NCBI GenBank assembly: GCA_030390025.1
Contig: JASTWF010000033.1
Span: forward strand, 5,954,001 to 6,018,000
Direction: 5' to 3'
DNA length: 64,000 nucleotides
From: Squalus acanthias
Taxonomy: Eukaryota
Part shown: positions 1 through 12,127 of the stretch, in pieces
How the letters are laid out: each line of letters begins with the position of its first letter
Position numbering within the stretch: the first letter of the stretch is position 1
Translations under genes and position numbers: made by a program
Notes under the pieces: model-generated
Seen by the model: only the letters and a program-made list of their open reading frames with translations
Told to the model about the DNA's origin: nothing
Database searches by the model: none

Positions 1-1545
1 TTAACGATTTAATGTAACTTTATTCACCGGTGCAGAGGATACCATGTGTAAATAAACAATTAACTGTAACTTCATTAACTGCTGTAGAGGATTCCGTGTG
101 AAAATTAACAATTAACTGTAACTTGATTAAACCGGTGTAGAGGATACTATGTGTAAATTAGCTATTAACAGTAACTTTATTAACTGCTGGAGAGGATTCC
201 ATGTGTAAATTAACAATTAACTGTAACTTGATTAACCGGTGTAGAGGATTCCATGTGTAAATTAACAATTAACTGTAACTTTATTAACTGCTGTAGGGGA
301 CACCATGTGTAAATTAATAATTAACTGTAACTTGATTAACCGGTGTAGAGGATACCAAGAGTAAATTAACAATTAACTGAAACTTTTTTCCCTGGTGTCG
401 AGGATACCATGTATAAATTGACAATTAACTGTAACTTTATTCCCCGGTGCAGAGGATACCATGTTTAAATTAACAACTAACTGCAACTTCATTCACTGGT
501 GCAGAGGATACCATGTGTAACTTAACAATTAACTGCAACTTTTTCCCCGGTGTAGAGGGTACCATGTGTGAATTTACAATTAACTGTAACTTCATTAACT
601 GCTGCATATGATTCCATGTGTAAATTAACAATGAACTGTAACTTGATTAACCGGTGTACAGAATACCACGAGTAAATTAATAATTAACTATAACTTTATT
701 AACTGCTGTAGGGGATAGCATGTGTAAATTAACAATTAACTGTAAATTGATTAACTGCTGTAGGGGATACAATGTGTAAATTAACAATTAACTGTAACTT
801 TTTCCACGGTGAAAAGGATACCATGTGTATGTTAACAATTAAATGTAACTATATTCCCCGGTGCAGAGTATACTATGTGTAAATTAACAATTAACTGTAA
901 CTTTATTCCCCTGTGCAGAGGATACCATGTGTAAATTAACAATTAACTGTAAATTTATTCACTGCTATAGAGGATACCATGTGTTAATTAACAGTTAACT
1001 GTAACGTAATTCCCCGGTGTCGAGGATACCGTGTGTAAATTAACAATTAACTGTAACTTTATTTCCCGATGTAGAGGATACCATATGAAAATTAACAATT
1101 AACTGTAAATATATTCACCGGTGTAGAAGATACAACGTGTAAATTAACAATTAACTGTAACATTATTCCCCGGTGTAGAGGTTACAAGGTGTAAAGTAAC
1201 AATTAACTGTAACTTTATTCCCCGGTGAAGAGGATCCTATGTTTAACTTAACAATTAACTGTAACTTTATTCCCCGGAGTAGAGGATACAATGTGTAAAT
1301 TAACCAATAACTGTAACTTTATTTACTGGTGCAGAGGATACCATGTGTAAATTAACAATCAACTGTAACTTTATTCCCCGGTGTAGAGGATAAAATGTTT
1401 AAATTTACAATTAATGTATCTTTATTTCCCGGTGTAGAGGATACCATATGTAAACTTACATTTAACTGTAACCTTACTCACCGGTGTAGTGGATAAAATG
1501 TTTAAATTAACACTTAACTGTAACTTTATTCCGCGGTGTAGAGGA

Positions 1546-3474
1546 CAAAGGGCTTATTCAAGAGGGGCAAAATAGCTTACGAAAGCAAGCTGGCGGAAAA
1601 TATAAAAACTAACTCCAACAGCTTTTATAAGTATATCAAGAGGAAAAGACTGGTGAAAACCAAAGTTGGTCCATTGCAGTCAGATACGGGGGAATATATA
1701 ACGGGAAATAAGGAAATGGCAGACCAACTAAATGCATACTTTGGGTCAGTCTTTACGAAGGAAGACACAAAAAACCTCCCTGGGATATCGGGAAAAATAG
1801 GGACATTGGCAAAGGAGGAACTGACGCAATTCAATATCTCTAAGGATATGGTGTTAAGGAAGCTAAAGGGATTGAAGGCGGACAAATCCCCAGGGCCTGA
1901 TAACATGCATCCTAGGGTACTGAAGGAGGTGGCCCTAGAGATAGCGGATGCACTAAGTATGATTTTTCAGAATTCATTAGACTCGGGAACAGTACCCATG
2001 GATTGGAGGGTAGCTAACGTTACCCCACTATTCAAAAAGGGGGGTAGGGAAAAAGCAGGTAATTACAGACCTGTAAGCCTTACATCAGTTGTGGGCAAAA
2101 TGCTGGAGTCCATCATTAAGGATGAAATAGCGCAGCACTTAGCAAATGGGGACAGGATAGGACAGAGTCAACATGGATTTACAAAGGGTAAATCGTGCTT
2201 GACTAATCTATTGGAATTTTTTGAGGGAGTAACTGGTAAAATAGATGGGGGAGAGCCAGTAGATGTGGTGTACCTGGACTTCCAAAAGGCCTTCGACAAG
2301 GTCCCACATAAAAGATTAGCATGAAAAATTGAAGCTCATGGGATAAAGGGGAAAGTATTGACGTGGATAGAGAACTGGCTGTCAGATAGAAAACAGAGAG
2401 TTGGAAAAAACGGCTCATTTTCTGAATGGCAGGCAGTAACAAGTGGGGTACCGCAGGGATCTGTCCTGGGTCCCCAGCTGTTCACAATTTACATTAATGA
2501 CCTGGATCAGGGAGTCGGATGCAGCATTTCCAAATTTGCAGACGACACTAAACTAGGAGCGGGGGTGGGCTCAGAGGAGGAGACCAGGAAGCTCCAGAGC
2601 GATTTGGACAGACTGGGTGATTAGGCGGATAAATGGCAGATGCACTATAATGTGGACAAGTGCGAAGTTATCCACCTTGGGTGCAGGAACGGGAGGGCAA
2701 ATAATTATTTAAATGGCAATAAATTGGGAGAGGGGGAAGTACAGAGAGACCTGGGTGTTCTTGTACACCAGTGACTGAAGGCGAGCATGCAGGTGCAACA
2801 GGCGGTCAAGAAGGCAAACGGTATGCTGGCCTTCATAGCAAAAGGGTTGAAATACAGGAACAGGGATACCTTGTATGCAGCTGTACAGGGCACTGGTGAG
2901 ACCACACCTCGAGTACTGTGTACAGTTTTGGTCGCCTCATCTGAGGAAAGATGTTCTTGCCATGGAGGGGGTGCAACGGCGATTCACCAGGCTGATACCA
3001 GGAATGGCGGGATTGACCTATGAGGAGAGACTATGTAGTTTAGGGATGTACACACTGGAGTTTAGAAGATTGAGAGGGGACCTCATAGAAGTGTATAAAA
3101 TTCTGACAGGTCTAGACAGACTAGATGCAGAAGGAATGTTTCCCTTGGCGGGTGAGAACAGAACTAGAGGACATAATTTAAGGATAAGGGCAAAACCATT
3201 TAGGACAGAAATGAGGGGGAATTTCTTCACTCAGAGGGTGGTGAACCTGTGGAACTCATTGCCACAGAGGGCAGTGTACGCCAGCTCATTAAATATATTT
3301 AAGAGGGAATTAGATATATTTCTACAGGCAAAAGGGGTTAAGGGTTACGGAGAGAAGGCAGGGACGGGATACTGAATTGGAGGATCAGCCATGATCTCAT
3401 TAAATGGCGGAGCAGGCTCGAAGGGCCGGATGGCCTACTCCTGCTCCTATCTTCTATGTATCTATGTATATGTA
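1546..3474 (+). mobile_element. 5'-truncated CR1-clade LINE inserted in the satellite
   Basis: ORF2 motifs KSPGPDNMHPRVLKE, GNYRPVSLTS, YLDFQKAFDKVPH, GVPQGSVLGP, FADDTK, YRALVRPHLEYC, RTRGH. The CR1 3' UTR (GATCAGCCATGAT...GGCCTACTCCTGCTCCTA) ends in a TCTATGTA-type short repeat. The empty paralogous site GAGGA^TCCCAT is at about 6950-6960. Confidence 0.95.
1548..3375 (+). pseudogene. Disabled CR1 ORF2 (reverse transcriptase and C-terminal region, endonuclease missing)
   Basis: One frame runs from 1548 with in-frame stops at 2322-2324, 2622-2624 and 2772-2774, a +1 frameshift near 2872 and the natural stop at 3373-3375. Confidence 0.92.
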
Positions 3475-4842
3475 TCCCATGTGTAAATTAACAATTTATT
3501 GTAACTTTATTCCCCGGTGTAAAGGATTCCACTTGTAAATTAACAATTAACTAACTTTATTCCCCGGTGTAGAGGATACCATGTGTAAATTAACAATAAA
3601 CTGTAAGTTTATTCCCCGCTGTACTGGATAAAATTTTTAAATTAACACTTAACATAACTTTATTCCGCGGTGTCGAGGATACCATGTGTAAATTAACAAC
3701 TTACTGTAACTTTATTCCCCGGTGTAGTGGATACAATGTTTAAATTAACAATTAATTTTAACTTTTCCCCCGGTGTAGAGGATTCCATGTGTAAATTAAC
3801 AATTAATTTTAACGTTTTCACTGCTGTAGAGGTTACCTTGTGTAAATTAACAAATAATTGTAACTTTATTCCCCGGTGCAGAGGATACCATGTGTAAATT
3901 ACAAGTATCTGTAACTTTTTAAACGGTGTAGAGGATACCATGTGTAAGTTAACAATATATGTGACTTTTTTCACTGCTGTACAGGATACCATGTGTAAAT
4001 TAACAATTAACTGTAACTTTTTTTCCCCGATGTAGAGGATACCATGTTTAAATTAACAATTAACTGCAACTTTAATACCCGGTGTAGAGTATTCCATGTG
4101 TAAATTAACGATTTAATGTAACTTTATTCACCGGTGCAGAGGATACCATGTGTAAATAAACAATTAACTGTAACTTCATTAACTGCTGTAGAGGATTCCG
4201 TGTGAAAATTTACAATTAACTGTAACTTGATTAAACCGGTGTAGAGGATACTATGTGTAAATTAACAATTAACTGTAACTTGATTAACCGGTGTAGAGGA
4301 TACCAAGAGTAAATTAACAATTAACTGAAACTTTTTTCCCTGGTGTCGAGGATACCATGTGTAAATTGACAATTAACTGTAACTTTATTCCCCGGTGTAG
4401 AGGATGCAATATTTAAATTAACAATTAACTTTAACGTTATTCCACGGTGTAGAGGATACCATGTTTAAATTAACAACTAACTGCAACTTTATTCACTGCT
4501 GCAGAGGATACCATGTGTAACTTAACAATTAACTGCAACTTTTTCCCCGGTGTAGAGGGTACCATGTGTAAATTTACAATTAACTGTAACTTCATTAACT
4601 GCTGCATATGATTCCATGTGTAAATTAACAATTAACTGTAACTTGATTAACTGGTGTAGAGAATACCACGTGTAAATTAACAATTAACTTTAACTTTATT
4701 AACTGCTGTCGGGGATAGCATGTGTAAATTAACAATTAACTGTACGATAGCAAAATACTGCGGATGCTGGAAATCTGAAATAACAACAGAAAACGCTGGA
4801 AAAACTCAGCAGGCCAGGCAGCATCCGTGGAGAGAGAAAGAG

Positions 4843-4879
4843 AGTTAACGTTTCGTGTCGATGACCTTTCGTCAGAACT
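4843..4879 (-). ncRNA. Minimal type I hammerhead ribozyme motif in the Penelope 3' terminal region
   Basis: The minus strand reads AGUU-CUGACGA-AAGGUC-AUC-GACAC-GAAA-CG-UU-AACU. It has the catalytic core CUGANGA and GAAA...UH, stem I AGUU/AACU, stem II GUC/GAC and a palindromic ACGU stem III. Confidence 0.8.
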
Positions 4880-5155
4880 GTGAAGAGCCGGAAATCAAAT
4901 AGATTTAAGGCCAGAGTAAAGCTGGGAAAAGGGGGAGGGGATAAAAGAACAAAGGGGGAGATGAAGAGACATTAAGCGACATTAAGAGATATGCAAGGCT
5001 AGAGGTGGTGTTAATGTGAGAGATTAAGGCTGAAAGAAGTGTGAAATCCACTGGCAGAATGAAGGACAGCTGCCTGCTTCTAGGAGGAAAAAAAAGGTGG
5101 GGGGGGCAAATAAAAGGATGGAAAAAATAAAATATAAATGTGATTGGGGCTGAGG

Positions 5156-6088
5156 TTATGATCTAAAATTGTTGAACTCGATATTGAGTCCAGAGGGCTG
5201 TAGCGTGCCTAAACGAAAGATGAGGTGCTGTTCCTCGAGCTTACGCTGCGCTTCCGTGGAACAGTGTAATAGGCCGAGGATGGTGAGGTCAGAGTGGGAG
5301 TGAAGCGGTGAATTAAAGTGACAGGCCACCGGGAGCTCGGGGTCCCCCTTACGGACTGAACGGAGGTGTTCCGCAAAGCGGTCACCCAATCTGCGTTTGG
5401 TCTCCCCAATGTAGAGGAGACCACATCGTGAGCAGCGAATACAGTATACTAAATTGCAGGAAGTACAAGTAAATCGCTGTTTCACCATGAAGGGGTGTTT
5501 GGGGCCCTGGACAGTGGGAAGAGGGGAGGTGTAAGGGCATGTGTTGCATCTCCTGCGCGTGCACGGGAAGGTGACGGGCGAAGGGGAAGGGGTGCTGGGG
5601 GTGGTAGAGGAGTGGACTAGGGTGGCGCGGAGGGAGCGGTCCCTGCGGAATGCTGAAAGGGGAGGTAAGGGGAAGATGTGTTTGGTGGTGGGATCACGCT
5701 GGACGTGGCGGAAATGGCAGAGGATGATCCGTTGAATGTGGAGGCTGGTGGGGTGAAAGGTGAGGACAAGGGGAACCCTATCGTGGTTCCGGGAGGGAGG
5801 GGCAGGGGTGAGGGCAGAAGTGCGGGAGATAGAACGGACACGGTCGAGGGCCGTGTCGACCACGGTAGAGGGGAATCCTTGGTTGAGGAAAAAGGGAGAC
5901 ATGTCGGAAGCACTGGTATGGAAGGTGGCATCATCAGAGCAGATGCGGCGGAGACGGAGAAACTGGGAGAATGGAATAGAGTCCTTACAGGAGGCGTGGT
6001 GGGAGGAAGTGTAGTCCAGGTAGCTGTGGGAGTCAGTGGGCTTGTAGTGAATGTTAGTCAATAACCTATCCCCAGAGATGGAGATGGA
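5156..6088 (-). CDS. Penelope-like polyprotein C-terminal fragment: RT thumb, Cys-rich linker and GIY-YIG endonuclease (N-terminally truncated, no internal stops)
   Basis: YKPTDSHSYLDYTSSH...IPFSQFLRLRRICS (thumb), PCTRRRCNTC (linker), VYCIRCSRCGLLYIGETKRRLGDRFAEH...VACHF...EQHLIFRLGTLQPSGLN (GIY-YIG with CCHH). The frame is open up to the truncation point. Confidence 0.88.
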   Translation of the reverse strand, partial: SISISGDRLLTNIHYKPTDSHSYLDYTSSHHASCKDSIPFSQFLRLRRICSDDATFHTSASDMSPFFLNQGFPSTVVDTALDRVRSISRTSALTPAPPSRNHDRVPLVLTFHPTSLHIQRIILCHFRHVQRDPTTKHIFPLPPLSAFRRDRSLRATLVHSSTTPSTPSPSPVTFPCTRRRCNTCPYTSPLPTVQGPKHPFMVKQRFTCTSCNLVYCIRCSRCGLLYIGETKRRLGDRFAEHLRSVRKGDPELPVACHFNSPLHSHSDLTILGLLHCSTEAQRKLEEQHLIFRLGTLQPSGLNIEFNNFRS

Positions 6089-9000
6089 GAATTAACTGTA
6101 AATTGATTAACTGCTGTAGGGGATACCATGTGTAAATTAACAATTAACTGTAACTTTATTCCCCGGTGCAGAGGATACCATGTTTAAATTAACAATTAAC
6201 TGTAACTTTTTCCACGGTGAAAAGGATACCATGTGTATGTTAACAATTAAATGTAACTATATTCCCCGGTGCAGAGTATACTATGTGTAAATTAACAATT
6301 AGCTGTAACTTTATTCCCCTGTGCAGAGGATACCATGTGTAAATTAACAATTAACTGTAAATTTATTCACTACTATAGAGGATACCATGTGTTAATTAAC
6401 AGTTAACTGTAACGTAATTCCCCTGTGTCGAGGATACCGTGTGTAAATTAACAATTAACTGTAACTGTATTTCCCGATGTGGAGGATACCATAGGTAAAT
6501 TAACAATTAACAGTAAATTTATTCACCGGTGTAGAAGATACAACGTGTAAATTAACAATTAACTGTAACATTATTCCCCGGTGTAGAGGTTACAAGGTGT
6601 AAAGTAACAATTAACTGTAACTTTATTCCCCGGTGAAGAGCATCCTATGTTTAACTTAACAATTAACTGTAACTTTATTCCCCGGAGTAGAGGATACAAT
6701 GTGTAAATTAACCAATAACTGTAACTTTATTTACTGCTGCAGAGGATACCATGTGTAAATTAACAATTAAATGTAACTTTATTCCCCGGTGTAGAGAAAT
6801 AAAATGTTTAAATTTACAATTAATGTATCTTTATTTCCCAGTGTAGAGGATACCATATGTACATTTACATTTAACTGTAACCTTATTCACCGGTGTAGTG
6901 GATAAAATGTTTAAATTAACACTTAACTGTAACTTTAATCCGCGGTGTAGAGGATCCCATGTGTAAATTAACAATTTATTGTAACTTTATTCCCCGGTGT
7001 AAAGGATTCCACGTGTAAATTAACAATTAACTGTAACTTTATTACCCGGTGTAGAGGATACCATGTGTAAATTAACAATAAACTGTAAATTTATTCCCCG
7101 GTGTACTGTATAAAATTTTTAAATTAACACTTAACCTAACTTTATTCCGCGGTGTAGAGGATACCATGTGTAAATTAACAACTTACTGTAACTTTATTCC
7201 CCGGTGTAGTGGATACAATGTTTAAATTAACAATTAATTTTAACTTTTCCCCCGGTGTAGAGGATTCCATGTGTAAATTAACAATTAACTGTAACTTTTT
7301 CACTGCTGTAGAGTTTACCATGTGTAAATTAACAAATAATTGTAACTTTATTCCCCGGTGCTGAGGATACCATGTGTAAATTACAAGTATTTGTAACTTT
7401 TTAAACGGTGTAGAGGATACCATGTGTAAGTTAACAATATATGTGACTTTTTTCACTGCTGTACAGGATACCATGTGTAAATTAACAATTAACTGTAACT
7501 TTTTTTCCCCGGTGTAGAGGATGCAATATTTAAATTAACAATTAACTTTAACGTTATTCCACGGTGTAGAGGATACAATGTTTAACTTAACAATTAACTG
7601 TAACTTTATTCCCTGGTGCAGAGGAAATAATGTTTAAATTGACAATTAACTGTAACTTTATTCACTGCTGTAGAGGATACCATGTCTAAATTAACAATTA
7701 ACAGTAACTTTATTCCCCGGTGTGGAGGATACCGTGTGTAAATTAACAATTAACGATAACTTTATTCCCTGGTGTAGCGGATACATGTGTAATTTAACAA
7801 TTAACTGTAACTTTATTCCCCGGTGTTGAGAATACCATGTGTAAATTACCAAGTAACTATAACTTTATTCGCTGGTGTAGAGGATACCAGGTGTAAATTA
7901 ACAATTAACTGTAACTTTATTCACCGGTACAGACGATACCATGTGTTAATTAACAGTTAACTTTACATTTATTCCCCGGTGTAGTGGATACAATGTTTAA
8001 ATTAACAATTTACTGTAACTTTATTTCCTTGTGCAGAGGATACCATGTGAAAATTAACAATTAACTGCTAATTTATTCCCCTTGTGTGGAGGAGACAATG
8101 TTTAAATTAATAATTTCCTGTAACTTTATTCCCTGGTGTAGAGGATAACTTGTGTAAATTAACAATTAACTGTAAATTATTCCACGGTGTAGAGGATACC
8201 ATGTGTAAATTAACAATTAACTGTAACTTTATTCCCCGGTGTAGTGGATACAATGCTTAAATTAACAATTAACTGCAACTTTATTCCCCGGTGCAGAGGA
8301 TGCCATGTGTCAAATAACAATTAACTGTAACTTTAATCCCCGGTGCAGAGGATACCATGTGTAAATTAACAATTAAAGGTAACTTTATTCACTGCTGCAG
8401 AGGAATCCATCAGTAAATTATCAATTTGCTCTAAATTGTTTCTCTGGTGTAGAGGATACCATGTGTAAATTAACAATTATCTGTAACGTTATTCACTGCT
8501 GCAGAGGATATCATGTGTAAATTAACAATTAACTGTAACTTTATTCCCCGGTGTGGAGGACACCATGTGTAAATTAAAAATTAACTGCACCTTTTTTCCT
8601 CGGTGCAGAGGATACCATGTGTAAATTAACACTTAACTGTAACTTTATTCACTGCTGTAGAGGATTTCATGTGTAATTGAAACAATTAACTGTAATTTTA
8701 ATCCCTGGTGTAGAGGATATCATGTTTAAATTAATAATTAACTGTAACTTTATTCCCCGGTGTGGAGGATACAATGTGTAAATTAAGAATTAACTGTAAC
8801 TTCATTTCCCGATTTAGAGGATACCATGTGTAAATTAACAATTAACTGTAACTTTAGTCACTGGTGCGGAGGATAACATGTGTAAATTAATAATTAACTG
8901 TAACTTTATTCCCCGGTGTGGAGGATACAACGTGTAAATTAACAATTAACTGTAACTTTGTTCCCTGATGTGGTGGATAACATGTGTAAAATTAACAATT

Positions 9001-12000
9001 AACTGTAAATTTATTCACTGCTGTCGAGTATATCAAGTGTAAATTACCAATTAACTGTAACTTAATTCCCCGGTGTGGAGGATACCATGGGTAAATTAAC
9101 AATTAACTGTAACTTTATTCCCCGGTGTAGAGGAAACCATGTGTAAATTAACAATTAACTGTAAATTTCTTTCGGGGTGTGGTGGACACAATGTGTAAAT
9201 TAACAATTAACTGTACCTTTATTCCCCGGTGTAGAGGTTACAATGTGTAAAGTAACAATTAACTGTAACTTTATTCCCCGGAGTAGAGGATACAATGTGT
9301 AAATTAACGAATATCTGTAACTTTATTCCGCATTGTAGAGGATAGCATGTGTAAATTAACAATTAACTGTAACTTTATTGACTGGTGTGGACGATACCAT
9401 GTCTAAATTAACAATTAACAGTAACGTCATTCCCCGGTGTAGAGGATACCATGTGTAAATTAACAATTAACTGTAACTTTATTCCCCGGTGCAGAGGATA
9501 CCATGGGTAAAAAAAACAATTAACTGTAACTTTATTCACTGGTGTAGAGGAAACAACGTGTAAATTAACAATTAACTGAAAATTTATTCACTGCCTCAGA
9601 GGATACTAAGTGTAAATTAACATTTAACCGTGACGTTATTCCCTGGTGTAAAGGAAACCATGTGTAAATTAACAATTAACTGTAACTTTATTCCCCGGTG
9701 CAGAGGATACCATGTGTAAATTAACAATTAACTTTAACTTTATTCACTGCTGTCGAGGATATCTTTTGTAAATTAACAATTAACTGTACCTTTATTCCCC
9801 GGTGTAGAGGATACCATGTGTAAATTAACAAATAACTGTAACTTTATTCCCCGGTGTGGAGGATACCATGTGTAAATTAACAAATAACTGTAACTTTATT
9901 CACTGCTGTAGAGGATTTCATGTGTAATTTAACAATTAACTGTAATTTTAATACCTGGTGTGGAGGATATCATGTTTAAATTAACAATTGACTGTAACTT
10001 TATCCCCTGGTGTAGAGGATACCATGTTTAAATTAACAATTAACTGTAACTTCATTTCCCGGTGTAGAGGATACCATGTGTAAATTAAGAATTAACTGTA
10101 ACTTTAGTCACTGGTGCGGAGGATACCATGTGTAAATTAATAATTAACTGTAACTTTATTCCCCGGTGTGGAGGATACAACGTGTAAATTAACAATTAAC
10201 TGTAACTTTGTTCCCTGGTGTGGTGGATAACATGTGTAAAATTAACAATTAACTTTAACTTTATTCACTGCTGTCGAGTATATCATGTGTAAATTACCAA
10301 TTAACTGTTACTTAATTCCCCGGTGTAGAGGATACAAGGTGTAAAGTAACAATTAACTGTAACTTTATTCCCCGGAGTAGAGGATACAATGTGTAAATTA
10401 ACGAATATCTGTAACTTTATTCCCCATTGTAGAGGATAGCATGTGTAAATTAACAAATAACTGTAAATTTATTCACTGGTGTGGACGATACCATGTCTAA
10501 ATTAACAATTAACAGTAACGTCATTCCCCGGTGTAGAGGATACAATGTTTAAATTAACAATTAACTGTAACTTTACTCCATGGTGCAGAGTATACCATGT
10601 GTAAAAAAACAATTAACTGTAACTTTATTCACTGGTGTAGAGGAAACAACGTGTAAATTAACAATTAACTGAAACTTTATTCACTGCCTCAGAGGATACC
10701 ATGTGTAAATTAACAATTAACTGTAACTTTATTCCCTGGTGTAGAGGATACTATGTGTAAATTATCATTTAACTGTGACGTTATTCCCTGGTGTAGAGGA
10801 TACCATGTGTAAATTAACAATTAACTTTAACTTTATTCACTGCTGTCGAGGATATCTTTTGTAAATTAACAATTAACTGTAACTTTATTCACTGGTTTGG
10901 ACGATACCATGTCTAAATTAACAATTAACTGTAACGTTATTCCCCGGTGTAGAGGATATCATGTGTAAATTAACAATTAACTGTAACTTTATTAAATTTT
11001 GCAGAGGTTACCATGTGTAAATTAATAATTAACTGTAACATTATTCCCCGGTGTAGAGGATACCATGTGTAAATTAACAATTAACTGCACCAATATTCCC
11101 CGGTGTCGAGGTTACAATGTGTAAATTAACAGTTAACTGTAACATTATTCCCCGGTGAAAAGGATCCTATGTTTAATTTAACAATTAAAGGTAACTTTAT
11201 TCCCCGGAGTAGAGGATACAATGTGTAAATTCACGAATATCTGCAACTTTGTTCCCCGTTGTAGAGGATAGCATGTGTAAATTAACAATTAACTGTAACT
11301 TTATTCACTGGTTTGGACGATACCATGTCTAAATTAACAATTAACTGTAACATCATTCCCCGGTGTAAAGGATACCATGTGTCAATTAACAATTACCTTT
11401 AAATTTATTCACTGCTGTTGAGGATATCTTTTGTAAATTAACAATTAAATGTAACTTTATTCCCTGGTGCAGAGGATACCGTTAAATAATTTACAATTAA
11501 CTGTAACATTATTCCCCGGTGTGGAGGATACCATATGTAAATTAACAGTTAACTGTAACTTTCTTCCCCAATATAGAGGACACCATGTGTAAATTAACAA
11601 TTAAGTTTAACTTTCTTCCCCAATACAGAGGACACCATGTGTAAATTAAGAATTAAGTTTAACTTTATTCCCCTGTGTAGAGGATACCATGTGTAAATTA
11701 ACAATTAACTGTAACTTTATTCACTGCTGCAGAGGATACCATGTGTAAATTCAAAATTAACAGTAACTTTGTTTCTTGGGTGTAGAGGATAACATGTGTA
11801 ATTTAACAATTAACGGTAACTTTATTCCTTGGTGTCGGGATTACTATGTGTAAATTATCAATTAACTGTAACTTTATTCACTGCTGTAGAGGATACCAGG
11901 TGTAAATTAACAATTAACTGTAACTTTATTCCCCGGTACAGAGGATAACATGTGTAAAAAAAAAAAATTAACTGTAACTTTATTCACTGGTGTAGAGGAA

Positions 12001-12127
12001 AAAACGTGTAAATTAACAATTAACTGAAACTTTATTCACTGCCTCAGAGGATACTATGTGTAAATTAACATGTAACTGTGACGTTATTCCCTGGTATAAA
12101 GGATCCCACGTGTAAATTAACAATTAA

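Larger units (their letters stand above)
4745..6089 (-). mobile_element. 5'-truncated Penelope-like element (probably Neptune-type) with an 11-bp target-site duplication AATTAACTGTA
   Basis: The minus-strand ORF has an RT thumb and a GIY-YIG endonuclease. TSD copies are at 4734-4744 and 6090-6100. The empty paralogous site is at about 731-760. Confidence 0.93.

Noticed and set aside
3693..3992. 99-aa minus-strand ORF and its twin at 7175-7474
   Set aside because: Chance read-through of satellite monomers. 52 is not a multiple of 3, and the twin reflects the block duplication.
5541..6064. Plus-strand ORFs overlapping the Penelope ORF
   Set aside because: Antisense shadows of a C-rich coding strand with no recognisable motifs.
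7560..7620. Hammerhead ribozyme within the satellite monomer, as in newt satellite 2
   Set aside because: No CUGANGA plus GAAA core on either strand of the consensus.
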